From Verrucomicrobiota bacterium (lineage in GTDB: Bacteria; Verrucomicrobiota; Verrucomicrobiia; Chthoniobacterales; Chthoniobacteraceae), in assembly GCA_003402745.1 (NCBI GenBank), contig QQND01000005.1, positions 1,357-65,356 on the forward strand: a DNA stretch of 64,000 nt. Reading direction: 5' to 3'. Below are positions 1 to 9,879 of the stretch, in pieces (the stretch's first letter is position 1; each line of letters begins with the position of its first letter). The translations under genes were made by a program, and so were the position numbers. The notes under the pieces were generated by a model. The model worked only from the letters and a program-made list of their open reading frames with translations, was not told the DNA's origin and did no database searches.

Positions 1-591
1 GGACTCCTCTCCCAGTTGCACGAAACCCACGGAATCAAGGTCCAGCACTACATCATTTCCAGCGGACTCAAAATCCTCATCGAAGGCAGCCGCCTCGCCC
101 CCTACGTCCAGGGGATTTTCGGCTGCGAATACGCCGAAGATGCCAGTGGTTGCATCACCTTTCCCAAACGGGTCATTTCCCACACCCAAAAAACCCAGTA
201 CCTGTTCCGCATCAACAAGGGACTGCTCTCCATGTCGCAGGATGTGAATGATCACATGCCCGCGGGAATCCGCCCTGTTCCTTTCCACAATATGATCTAC
301 ATCGGGGACGGCCCCACCGACGTCCCCTGCTTCACCGTTGTGCGGCAGAACGGGGGCCACGCCATCGCGGTATACAATCCTGAGGACGCCAGCCGCGCCT
401 CCTTCAGAAAGTGCTATCAGCTCTCCACCCATGCAGACCGCGTGCGGCATATCGCCCCGGCGGACTTTCGTTCGGGCAGCCATTTACGCCTGCTCCTAGA
501 ACAGATGGTGAGCGAAATCGGCAACCGCATCGTCGAAACTCGGGCCAGAGAACTCGAGGACGCCACGGTGCGCGCCCCGCAGCATTCCTGA
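1..591 (+). CDS. HAD-superfamily hydrolase, 5' end cut by window edge
   Basis: Frame 1 is open from base 1, and the listed ORF 16..591 starts at an internal TTG. It carries the HAD motif-IV-like 'IYIGDGPTDVPCF'. Confidence 0.6.
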   Translation, partial: GLLSQLHETHGIKVQHYIISSGLKILIEGSRLAPYVQGIFGCEYAEDASGCITFPKRVISHTQKTQYLFRINKGLLSMSQDVNDHMPAGIRPVPFHNMIYIGDGPTDVPCFTVVRQNGGHAIAVYNPEDASRASFRKCYQLSTHADRVRHIAPADFRSGSHLRLLLEQMVSEIGNRIVETRARELEDATVRAPQHS

Positions 592-693
592 TCCCGAGCA
601 GGCGTCTTCTGGACGACCGGCATCCCCTCCTGCAAAGATTACCCCAAAGTTTCCGCCCCACCGCGGATCAGCTCTCTACCAATCCTCCTTTTT

Positions 694-1728
694 ATGAATA
701 CCCCCCGCTGGATCTTACCCTCTACCGCCGTTCTCGCCCTTTTCGCCAGCGCCTCCCCCAAGGCCGGCGCCCACGACGTGGAGGCTGAAATGACCGTGGC
801 CGCGCAGCGCTTTCTCGCGACGCTCGCCCCCGAGCAAACCGCCAAGGCCTGCTTCAAACTGGAGGAAGCTGAACGCAAAAACTGGCATTTCATCCCTCGC
901 ACCCGCCTGGGGCTGACCCTCAAGGAAATGAGTCCCGAACAGCGGCTCGTTGCCCAAGCGTTGCTGTCTACCGGGTTGAGCTCCCAGGGCTACAGCAAGG
1001 CGCTCAGCGTCATGAGCCTGGAGGCTATCCTCGCAGAGCTTGAAAAGGGCCAGCAGGGCAAGGCCGTCCGCGACCCCGAAATGTACTTTTTCTCCATTTT
1101 CGGAACCCCGGAAGCCCTCAAGCCTTGGGGCTGGCGCCTTGAGGGGCACCATTTGTCGCTGAACTTCACCTGCTCAGGCCACGGAACCGCTTCCACCCCC
1201 TCTTTTTTCGGAACCAACCCCGGCGAGGTGCGCCAGGGGCCCCGCGCCGGACTCCGTTTGCTGGGCAAAGAAGAGGACCTCGGGCGAGAACTCGTGCGTT
1301 CCCTCAACGCCGAACAGCGCAAACAGGCCATCGTCTCGGAGGAAGCCCCCAAGGACATCCTCAATGACCCAAAACGCGAAGAACTCACCCATCCCGAAGG
1401 CGTGCCCGTCGCAGCACTGCAACCCGCCCAGCAAAAACTCGTCGAACAGATCGTGAGGGAATACTTGGGTACGCACCGCGCAGAGGTGGAAACCAGCGAA
1501 TGGGACCGCATTAAAAACGCGGGCTGGGACAGCGTCCGGTTCGCCTGGGCAGGAGGAATCGAGCCGGGCATGGGCCATTATTACAGAGTGCAGGGAAAAA
1601 CATTTGTGGTCGAATACGACAACACCCAAAACGGCGCCAACCATCCGCATGCCGTCTGGCGCGATCGGGAGCGTGACTTCGGCATGGACCTCCTCAAGGA
1701 GCACTACGCCAAGAGCCACTCGAAGTAG
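694..1728 (+). CDS. DUF3500-family secreted protein
   Basis: N-terminal signal peptide (ILPSTAVLALFASASPKAGA). DUF3500-like blocks 'GWRLEGHHLSLNFT' and 'HYYRVQG..FVVEYDNTQNGANHPHAVWRDRERDFGMDLL'. Confidence 0.75.
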   Translation: MNTPRWILPSTAVLALFASASPKAGAHDVEAEMTVAAQRFLATLAPEQTAKACFKLEEAERKNWHFIPRTRLGLTLKEMSPEQRLVAQALLSTGLSSQGYSKALSVMSLEAILAELEKGQQGKAVRDPEMYFFSIFGTPEALKPWGWRLEGHHLSLNFTCSGHGTASTPSFFGTNPGEVRQGPRAGLRLLGKEEDLGRELVRSLNAEQRKQAIVSEEAPKDILNDPKREELTHPEGVPVAALQPAQQKLVEQIVREYLGTHRAEVETSEWDRIKNAGWDSVRFAWAGGIEPGMGHYYRVQGKTFVVEYDNTQNGANHPHAVWRDRERDFGMDLLKEHYAKSHSK

Positions 1729-1893
1729 GCGAAACAGGCACAATCACCGGCGGCGGGCACCAAGTAAGACGGCGCCACGCCGCCGCATGATTATGGTGGC
1801 GAAGCAAATTCCTGCGTTTCGCTAGATAACGTAATGCCACGGGTTCGTCGTGGGTGTATGACTGAAGCGGCTCTCCGCTAAACCCGCTTCACC

Positions 1894-4800
1894 GTGAACC
1901 TATTCTCTTTTCAGTTCCGTCGTCGGTCGATCGCGGTGAGCTGCGCGACCCTCGCCCTTCTTCTTTCCCTATACGTGGCGGGGTTTTTTGACTCCCCTGC
2001 CCCAACGCGCAGCGCCCCTGACCCTCAGACCTCGGTGGACACCACCGCGACGCCCCAAGTCGCAGAACCCGCCCCTGAAGCTCCCTCCCCACAAAGCCCT
2101 TCGCCAGTCCACATGGCGGGCTCCCATCCGGCAGCCTCTGCAGCCGAGGCGCCCCAAGTGGCCGCCTTCCGTATCTGGCTTCAAAGCTACCTGCAGTCCA
2201 CGCCCGACCAGCAGCAGGCGACCCTTCACGAGGGAATCACGCTAGCCGAGGCCCGGCGCGGCGTGATGGCGACACTCATTCAGACCCGCCCCAAAGCGGC
2301 CCTCCAACAGTCCCTCCCTTTGGACGAATGGCAGGCGCTCCCGGCCGCCCTCAAGGCGGTGGTGGAACGGCCATTTAGCGAAGTAGCCCAATACACCCTT
2401 TTCCCCGTCTGCCCCGGCCCCAGTTCGGAAAGCACGGCCGCCCCCTCCGTTCGGCCGCCCCTCATTGAAGTCCGTTTTGCAAACGGAGATCAGGTGAAGG
2501 CCTTTGTCTACGGCGGCAAGACAGCGGTGAACTCCAAGGACAGGCTGCCTGTGCAGGGCGTCGCTTTGGACGGCGTCGCCGCTCTTTGGGATGGCGTCTT
2601 GCGCCCCCTGAGCGCAGCGGAGGCCGCCATCGCCAGGACCGCTTTTCCCTCTGGCCAACCCGACCAATCCCGAAGCTTCGTGACGGGTGAACCTATTGCA
2701 GGCAATCTGGTTACGGCCCTGGCAGGAGGCAAATGCTTCAGCTTCGCGAGCCTTAAAGAACTCTCCACCTTCGACGCCGCACTCGCAAAGCTGGATGCAA
2801 AACCCGGCCCTCGCGCGGGCTCGCACGCGATTTTCTCGCTCCCCTACAGCGCCGACGCAGCCAACAGCAACACCAACGCATTTAACTTTGCAGCCGCCGA
2901 AACGCAGGCGGAGGCCGCAGCCAAGGACTGGACCTCGACCGAAAAAAAGTTGTTCCTGATCAGGGCTGTCATTTCCGACGCGAATAACACCTCGCTGGTG
3001 GAAAAGGCCAGCGCTGAAACCGTCATCAACGGGTCTTCCTCCAGCTCGTCAGCCGCCGCGGCAATCTACAAGTTTTCGTACGGGAAGACTTCCGTAACCG
3101 CCACAGTCAGCGCCGGCGTGTATCAACTGCCCGGGACCGTCAGCGACTACGCAGGCGCACTCCCGTCGGATCCGGTTGCTTCCGGCACCTACACCAGCAA
3201 TATGGCGCGCCTCATGAACGATGCACGGGGAAAGTTCCGGCTCGAAAAAAATGCCCGCGGCGATTCCTCCATCGATATCGGCACACTGACAGCCGGAGAA
3301 ATCACGGGAGGTAGCCTGGGAGCCTACGACATCGTCGGCGTCACCTTTGTCGACATCGGGTGCTACGGAAACGGGGTCAAACTGGCGGGCTTGGCCAGCG
3401 TTGGCGGTCGAGATCTTTGGATGCAAGGCAGCAACGATCCCAAAGTTTACGTCCACGAAATGGGCCATATTTACGGCCTAGGCCACTCCAACTTTTGGCA
3501 AACCAACGACGGCTCGGTGGTCGGCGCTAACGGCGAAGAAAAAGAATATGGCGACCCCTACGACGTGATGGGTGCAGGTGCGCTGCCCAGAGGACACTTC
3601 CACCCGCAGGCCAAGCAGAAACTCGGCTGGCTGGAAGATTCACAATGGCAGGACGCCACAACCGGTGGATCCAAAACATACCGAATCTTCCAGTTCGACG
3701 ATCCCGCTACCTCCCCCACTACCGGCCTGGTTCGAGGAGTGCGCATCACGAAGGCTGGCACGAAGCAAGAGACCCCCGAATCCTCGACGGACGAGTACTA
3801 CTGGATTGGCTACCGACCCACCTACGCCGAAAATCAGCGCCTCTCAAAAAGCGCGTACCTGCTCTGGCAGCGGCCCCCGGCCGATAATTCTGGAGACAAG
3901 TCCTGCCTCCTGGACACCACCCCCCTCACCTCCGGCAACAGTGCCGTCGGGAAAGCCGACGCCGCCTTGGACATCGGCCGCACTTACTCAGATATCTCGG
4001 CCCGCGTCCACATCACACCGACCAGCCGAGGGGGGAGCGGTAGCAACCAATATCTGGACGTCTGCATCAACATCGGCACGCTCACCAGCGCTTCCTCCAC
4101 CACGCTTTCTGAAATCAGCGGGGGCACCCTTATCGAAACCGCGCGAACCGCGTCCACGTTTACCGCTCCAGCAACGAATGCAAAGGGCAACACGCTCGCC
4201 TATTTTTGGGACGCGGGAGATGGCACCGTCACAGGCGGTACCGGCGAAAGCGCCGCCAAATTCTCCCATGCCTGGACCACCGGCGGCAGTTATTCACTCA
4301 AGGTCACGGTAAGCGACATGAAAGGCGGCTCCGTCTCTCAAACGAGGCAAATCACCGTGTATGACCCTGCGCAAACCTTTGCGCCCAGCATTCGAGCGGA
4401 CCCCACCCTTGGAGACCTTAACGCCATCGCCGCAAGCCCCACCCTGCTGGTCGCCGTAGGAACCGCCTCCGGCACCGGCGCCGTAATCCGATCCTCTCCC
4501 GATGGTCTCCAATGGACGGACCGACCGATCCCAGAATCTACGCTGAATCTCCGACTGCATTCAATCACGTGGGACGGCTCGCGCTTTGTGGCGGTGGGAG
4601 AGGACTCCTATGTCACTCTCGATAAAATCGACAACCATGTACAATTCGGCGTCATTTACACCTCCGAAACCGGCTTGAATTGGACCCGCAGCTTTTCCAC
4701 AGGCACCGACGACACAGCCCTCAGGGCCGTCGCCTCGGGAGCCGGAGTCGTCCTCGCCGCCGGGGACAGGGGAACGGTTCTGCGCTCCACCAACGGAGGG

Positions 4801-7800
4801 AGTTGGACGCCTGTCGTCGGAATTCCATCCGTGACCTCAGGCGCAATGTCCTGCCGCGGCGTGGCCTTCGGAGCTGGCACGTTCGCGCTCACCGCGCGCA
4901 CCGCCGCCCTAAGCTCGGGAGGCGGCGTCCTCTGCACCTCCAGCGATGCAGGTCAGACATGGATAGAGCGGACTCCGGGCGCTGGACTGTCCACGGGAGA
5001 GGACCTTGAAAAAATCGCGTGGCTCAATGGAAAATTTGTCACCAGCGGCTGGTTTTCAAAACTCAAAACCTCCACCGACGGGGCCCAAACGTTCTCAAGC
5101 TCACTCGCCGGCTCAGAGGAGGCCTTCGTCCTCTGCTACGGCTCGGGTCTATTTTTCGCGAGCGGCGTCTCCCGCATCCAGGGCGGCACCGTGACTGAGT
5201 CACCCATAAACTTGTACTCCGCCGACGGACTATCTTGGGTGCAGAGCACGCCGCAGGCAGGCATGGAAGCGCAGAAAGACGGCGTCCTTTTCAACAACCG
5301 CCTCGTGAGCGTTGGGGCATTTGGGGCGATCTGGCAGAGCGGTTCGCTTCAAGCGGGCAACCACAGCCCCAATGTCAGCTCTATTGCGTCACAAACGACA
5401 CTCAACGCACGCAGCCCAATCTCTTTCGCAGTCACTGCCTCCGACGAGGAGGGAGATACGTTGACCTACCTCTGGGACGCGGGCGATGGAACCACTGCCA
5501 ACACGTCCCCCATATTCACAAACACCTGGCCAGATGGAGGCCCAAAAACCGTAAAGCTCACCGTCAACGACGGCAAAGGAGGCAGCGTCTCCCGCACCAC
5601 AACGGTGCAATTAAGCGACAGCGCGCAAACTTTCACAAAAGTCTCAGGAGGAATATCAACCGCAAGCGGAACGGTAACGCTCAATGGCGTTGCCTCCAGC
5701 GGCTCTCTGGTGGTTGCCGTAGGCGATAAAGGCAAAGTCGCGACTTCAACAGATGGCACAATCTGGACGAGCGGAACCATCTCTTCATCGCCAAACTTGT
5801 ACCTCAACGCCATCTCCTGGGACGGAGAGCAATTCATCACCGTCGGATTAGATTACACCACAAACTGGGTCAGCTCCATTTTTACTTCAAAAGATGGACT
5901 GGCTTGGATCAATAGATACACCTCCACCCCTTCGTCCTCGCAATACCCTTTCCGCTCGGTTGCCAGTTCCGGGGGCACAATCCTGGCAGGGGGCGATGGC
6001 GGCAGGCTGCTCCGCTCCGTCAACGCCGGAACAAGTTGGTCCACCGTCGGTATTGGAACCCTTGAAAGCACTCGCACCGTCTCCGGCCTCGCCTACGCAG
6101 GGGGCACATTCATCCTCACCACCCACCCCATGTCTGGGACGATTTCAAGCGGCACGGGTCGGGTTTACTCGACTCTAAATGGGAGCGATTTAACGAACGT
6201 GACCTCTACCGCCGCCGTTGGCTCAGGGTTTTATCTAGACCGCATTTCCCTTCTTAATGATCGGCTCGTCACAAGCGGCCGCGGCTCGGAAATACATATT
6301 TCCATAGACCAAGGAGCCTCCTTTCAAACCACAAATTCCACCACCGAACAGGCGCTCGCGCTCGCGTACGGAAACGGCGTCTACTTTGCCGCCGGCATAG
6401 ACCAGGAAGACGGCTCGACCAAGGTCCACGCAATTTCCACCGATGGCGCCCTCTGGGCACAGTCAGCCGCCCCCGCCGGCGTCGTGAGTGAAAACGCAGC
6501 AACCTTTTTCAAAAACCGATTCCTCATCGTTGGCGGCGGCGGACAAATCTGGCAAAGCGACACGATCAGCACCGGCGGACAAGGCCTCGAAATCCTCGCG
6601 CAACCCTTAGCCCTCACCGTCAACGAGGGGCGCAACGCCACCTTCACCGTTGCCGCTGTCGGAAGCGGCACGTTGTCGTACCAATGGAAAAGGAACGGCG
6701 AAAACATCTCAGGAGAAACGGCCCCCACGCTCACCATTAGAAGCACAACCACCTCCCAAGCTGGATTTTACAGCGTACTTATCACCGATTCTGCCAACGC
6801 AACCCCTCTGCTCAGCAACAGCGTTCCGCTCACAGTAAACATAACAACCATTGTGACCGACCCCTCCCTGGTCTTCAGCGGGCCGGCACAGGAAGTCTCC
6901 CTGGTTAAGGGCAGCGAGGCGACTCTTGGGATCACGCTCAAGCCCGAGGACGATGTCCTGCGAACCACCTACACCCTCTACTCAGGATCCCTCTCAACAA
7001 CCATCACCGGCACCCTCTCCACCAGTGCCGCCCCAGTCCCGCTCAAATCCATCTCCACCGCCGGCTCCTACTTCGTGCGCTTCGTGAGAACCTTCACAAC
7101 CGGTGTGAAAACTACGGCAGACACGGCCCCGTTCGTGGTCGTCTTCAAAACATGGGGCCCCACCGCTGGCAACTACGAAACCCTGCTGGCTTCCGATGCC
7201 CCAGCTCTCGCCGCGCTTAACGACAACGCCTCCTACCGGGGACTGCTCACCCTTGCCGTCACCCAGACGGGATCCGTCTCCGGACGCCTTCTCTACAACG
7301 AGGCGCCCCCTCTCCAAAACGGAACCTCAGGGGAACGTGTCTACACCCCAATTGCCCGCTCATTCGCGGGCAAATTCGTGCCAAAACCCGGGCTCCCCTC
7401 GACCTTCCAATTCACGCCAAAACTCGGCACGACCGCACAGGCAACGCATCAAAATTTGACCCTTGAGTTCGACTTGAGCGCTCCCACCCCCACCCTCAAT
7501 GCAAGACTTTCAGACGCCATTTCCCTGGCCGGCGGAACCTGCGTGAGTTCGGCACGTGACGTCTCCAAAACCACCCCCCGCCTCACCGGCATGCTGACTG
7601 CCCTGGCCGGCAAGTACCTGCTCGTCGCAGATGCCACAAACTCCGCGCAGGACGCCGAACCCCTGGCCTACGTCCAGACCCAGGTTCTGAGTACTGGCAA
7701 AGTTCTTTGGAACAGCCGCTTCAAGGGCTACGCAGGCACGGGCAGCGCCGGCTTGAACACGAACGACCCATCCACACTCGCCGCCCAATTTTATGAAGGC

Positions 7801-8454
7801 CGCCTCGCAACATCCTCCAAACTTCATCACTCCAACAGTCTGCTCGGCGTCCTAAATTTCACCCTCGCCAGCGGATCGCTCTGGGCCGCCGCCTTCGAAC
7901 AAAACGCACTCGAAAAACAGGCCAGCTACCTCACCCGGGAAACACTCTCAAACGTTCTGACCCCCGTCTACAAAGTCGAAGCCTTTGCAGCCGCCACCAA
8001 CTGGACGGGGGTAAAACATGCCGCCTTCCCACAAACCGGCTCTTCCCGCTGGAGCGGCAACACTTTTACCGCTCTCCCCGCCTTCTTCCCCGCACCCCTC
8101 ACACTCCTTCACTTGAGTGTCCTCAATCCGCAAACCACAGGCCCAGCCCTGACCTACCGCTGGACCGTCTCCGTCTCCAGCACAGGGGTTACAAAAACCA
8201 TCGCAGAGTTCGCCTCCGATGGCACGACGCCATCCCCGGCTCTGACTCTTCGCCTCGACCGCAACTCCGGACTGTGGGCCGGGGCTTATATTCTCTCCGG
8301 CAGTCGACACACCCTGGTTGGCGCTTCGCTTGACCCAGGATCAAACCGCGAAAGCGCCGCCCAGGGCTGGGTCGAATTAGGAACCTTGCCCAGTCTGAGC
8401 ACAGGCAGTTGGACAATTTCAAGCCGCAGCCGACCGATCCGCTCAGGTAACTAA
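1894..8454 (+). CDS. Giant secreted or anchored multidomain protein: metzincin-like Zn-protease motif, 2 x (PKD + BNR/Ycf48-like beta-propeller), Ig-like domain, unknown C-terminal region of about 530 aa
   Basis: GTG start followed by a hydrophobic anchor (IAVSCATLALLLSLYVAGFF). 'HEMGHIYGLGH' (HExxHxxGxxH) at 3454..3486. PKD-like 'YFWDAGDGT...YSLKVTVSDMKGGS' and 'YLWDAGDGT...KTVKLTVNDGKGGS'. Repeated 'S.DG..W' blades. Ig-like 'FTVAAVGSGTLSYQWKRNGENISGETAPTLTI...AGFYSVLITD'. Confidence 0.85.
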   Translation: MNLFSFQFRRRSIAVSCATLALLLSLYVAGFFDSPAPTRSAPDPQTSVDTTATPQVAEPAPEAPSPQSPSPVHMAGSHPAASAAEAPQVAAFRIWLQSYLQSTPDQQQATLHEGITLAEARRGVMATLIQTRPKAALQQSLPLDEWQALPAALKAVVERPFSEVAQYTLFPVCPGPSSESTAAPSVRPPLIEVRFANGDQVKAFVYGGKTAVNSKDRLPVQGVALDGVAALWDGVLRPLSAAEAAIARTAFPSGQPDQSRSFVTGEPIAGNLVTALAGGKCFSFASLKELSTFDAALAKLDAKPGPRAGSHAIFSLPYSADAANSNTNAFNFAAAETQAEAAAKDWTSTEKKLFLIRAVISDANNTSLVEKASAETVINGSSSSSSAAAAIYKFSYGKTSVTATVSAGVYQLPGTVSDYAGALPSDPVASGTYTSNMARLMNDARGKFRLEKNARGDSSIDIGTLTAGEITGGSLGAYDIVGVTFVDIGCYGNGVKLAGLASVGGRDLWMQGSNDPKVYVHEMGHIYGLGHSNFWQTNDGSVVGANGEEKEYGDPYDVMGAGALPRGHFHPQAKQKLGWLEDSQWQDATTGGSKTYRIFQFDDPATSPTTGLVRGVRITKAGTKQETPESSTDEYYWIGYRPTYAENQRLSKSAYLLWQRPPADNSGDKSCLLDTTPLTSGNSAVGKADAALDIGRTYSDISARVHITPTSRGGSGSNQYLDVCINIGTLTSASSTTLSEISGGTLIETARTASTFTAPATNAKGNTLAYFWDAGDGTVTGGTGESAAKFSHAWTTGGSYSLKVTVSDMKGGSVSQTRQITVYDPAQTFAPSIRADPTLGDLNAIAASPTLLVAVGTASGTGAVIRSSPDGLQWTDRPIPESTLNLRLHSITWDGSRFVAVGEDSYVTLDKIDNHVQFGVIYTSETGLNWTRSFSTGTDDTALRAVASGAGVVLAAGDRGTVLRSTNGGSWTPVVGIPSVTSGAMSCRGVAFGAGTFALTARTAALSSGGGVLCTSSDAGQTWIERTPGAGLSTGEDLEKIAWLNGKFVTSGWFSKLKTSTDGAQTFSSSLAGSEEAFVLCYGSGLFFASGVSRIQGGTVTESPINLYSADGLSWVQSTPQAGMEAQKDGVLFNNRLVSVGAFGAIWQSGSLQAGNHSPNVSSIASQTTLNARSPISFAVTASDEEGDTLTYLWDAGDGTTANTSPIFTNTWPDGGPKTVKLTVNDGKGGSVSRTTTVQLSDSAQTFTKVSGGISTASGTVTLNGVASSGSLVVAVGDKGKVATSTDGTIWTSGTISSSPNLYLNAISWDGEQFITVGLDYTTNWVSSIFTSKDGLAWINRYTSTPSSSQYPFRSVASSGGTILAGGDGGRLLRSVNAGTSWSTVGIGTLESTRTVSGLAYAGGTFILTTHPMSGTISSGTGRVYSTLNGSDLTNVTSTAAVGSGFYLDRISLLNDRLVTSGRGSEIHISIDQGASFQTTNSTTEQALALAYGNGVYFAAGIDQEDGSTKVHAISTDGALWAQSAAPAGVVSENAATFFKNRFLIVGGGGQIWQSDTISTGGQGLEILAQPLALTVNEGRNATFTVAAVGSGTLSYQWKRNGENISGETAPTLTIRSTTTSQAGFYSVLITDSANATPLLSNSVPLTVNITTIVTDPSLVFSGPAQEVSLVKGSEATLGITLKPEDDVLRTTYTLYSGSLSTTITGTLSTSAAPVPLKSISTAGSYFVRFVRTFTTGVKTTADTAPFVVVFKTWGPTAGNYETLLASDAPALAALNDNASYRGLLTLAVTQTGSVSGRLLYNEAPPLQNGTSGERVYTPIARSFAGKFVPKPGLPSTFQFTPKLGTTAQATHQNLTLEFDLSAPTPTLNARLSDAISLAGGTCVSSARDVSKTTPRLTGMLTALAGKYLLVADATNSAQDAEPLAYVQTQVLSTGKVLWNSRFKGYAGTGSAGLNTNDPSTLAAQFYEGRLATSSKLHHSNSLLGVLNFTLASGSLWAAAFEQNALEKQASYLTRETLSNVLTPVYKVEAFAAATNWTGVKHAAFPQTGSSRWSGNTFTALPAFFPAPLTLLHLSVLNPQTTGPALTYRWTVSVSSTGVTKTIAEFASDGTTPSPALTLRLDRNSGLWAGAYILSGSRHTLVGASLDPGSNRESAAQGWVELGTLPSLSTGSWTISSRSRPIRSGN

Positions 8455-8706
8455 TTACAATCCCAGCTGACAACAGACAGTTGGACAATTTCAAGCCGCC
8501 CTTCCAACAGCACAATCGTTTTCCCCCACCGAGGCGTTCCAAAGCCTCCCGCGCGGGCCACGCGGGTCCACAGGAGACCTGACTGAGCGGCGCCTTCAGG
8601 GTTCCAGCCAACGCATCGCGCTCCAACTCCTTCTCCAAGCTTTGATTTTACCCAGAGCCTGGCTACTATACAAAACCGAATCGATTATCCCGGTTTGAGC
8701 CACACC

Positions 8707-9540
8707 ATGAGCATCCCTCAGAAAATCTGGTTCCCTCTGCTCGCCATCACCGCGACGGTCATCGCTGTGCTTGTCAGCCACTCGGATCCGCCCGAATCCC
8801 TGTCCTCCTACCATCTCAAGGTCGAGTCTCTTGAGACTGAAAAAAGCACCCTCCTGACGCGCGTCGAGGAACTCGTCCAAGAACGGCGCAACCTAGAACT
8901 CAAACTCACTGCGCTTCAAGCGCAAAACCCCGCTGCGCAACAAGCGCTTGCAGCGCAGATCCCCGCCCCGCAAGGCGCGACCTCCAAACAATACAGCTCC
9001 CGCACCGGAACCTCTGAAAAAACAGCGTCCTCCGATGGCGAGACCCCTTTTGCAAAGGCAGTCTCAGCCCTGGCCTCGCGCGCCGGGGACTTGAACCAGC
9101 AGTTTCAAACCATGCCGGACAAGGAAATCCCCGAACTCCAATATCTCGACGAAGGAGACTGGCTGCATCTGGCCAAAGCCGCAAACCTGGACTCTCCCGA
9201 GGGCGTACGCAAGGCACTCGCCGACGTGCGCCAACAAGCAAAGGCCCGCTTCGCCCCCCTTCTCACAACCGCCCTGGCTGGCTTCTATAACGACAACAAC
9301 GCCCAGCCCCCCATTTCCATGGCGCAACTCAAACCCTACTTCTCCGTCCCCGTAGACGACGCCACCCTCGCCCGCTACAACATTGTCACCGACCCCTCCG
9401 GCAAACAAAAACTGGGCTCCTCGACCTACATCAGCGAAGGCCCCCCCGTGGACACCGTCCTAGACTCCCATTTTGAAATCGGCCTGACCGGTTGGAGTTC
9501 AAACTCCATCAACCAGAGCTACACGGAGAAAAATCGTTAA
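8707..9540 (+). CDS. Membrane-anchored coiled-coil protein of unknown function
   Basis: The ORF opens at TTG 8695, but ATG 8707 (MSIPQKIWFPLLAITATVIAVLV) is the likelier start. One TM helix is followed by a heptad-like segment (LKVESLETEKSTLLTRVEELVQERRNLELKLTALQ). Confidence 0.55.
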   Translation: MSIPQKIWFPLLAITATVIAVLVSHSDPPESLSSYHLKVESLETEKSTLLTRVEELVQERRNLELKLTALQAQNPAAQQALAAQIPAPQGATSKQYSSRTGTSEKTASSDGETPFAKAVSALASRAGDLNQQFQTMPDKEIPELQYLDEGDWLHLAKAANLDSPEGVRKALADVRQQAKARFAPLLTTALAGFYNDNNAQPPISMAQLKPYFSVPVDDATLARYNIVTDPSGKQKLGSSTYISEGPPVDTVLDSHFEIGLTGWSSNSINQSYTEKNR

Positions 9541-9565
9541 CCCCAGCCGCTAGCCCCCCGGGAGA

Positions 9566-9739
9566 CTAAGTCCCCTCCGGCTCCTCCTCGACCTCGGCTT
9601 CCCCTGAAAGCACCGCAAGCAAACCTTCCAGAAGCGCCGCCATCGGTATTTCAAACTCGGCCGCAGCTGCATCCAGCACCTCAAGCGGCTCTGGAACGGA
9701 ATCGGTGGGACTAGGGACTCTGGGGATTTTGGAAGACAT
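9566..9739 (-). CDS. Possible small acidic protein (57 aa), not in the supplied ORF track
   Basis: Hand translation of the minus strand gives MSSKIPRVPSPTDSVPEPLEVLDAAAAEFEIPMAALLEGLLAVLSGEAEVEEEPEGT*. ATG start, divergent from ORF 9880..10260. No recognisable family. Confidence 0.2.
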   Translation of the reverse strand: MSSKIPRVPSPTDSVPEPLEVLDAAAAEFEIPMAALLEGLLAVLSGEAEVEEEPEGT

Positions 9740-9879
9740 CAGAAAATCTTCACTTAGACGATTTTCTTCGAAACATCCACCAAAAAAACACCTCCAGCCC
9801 AGATTTAAAACCTTTAAGAATAATGAATTAGCTCCATTTATCCTTGCCTCCCAGACTGCGAGATATTATTGGATAATGC

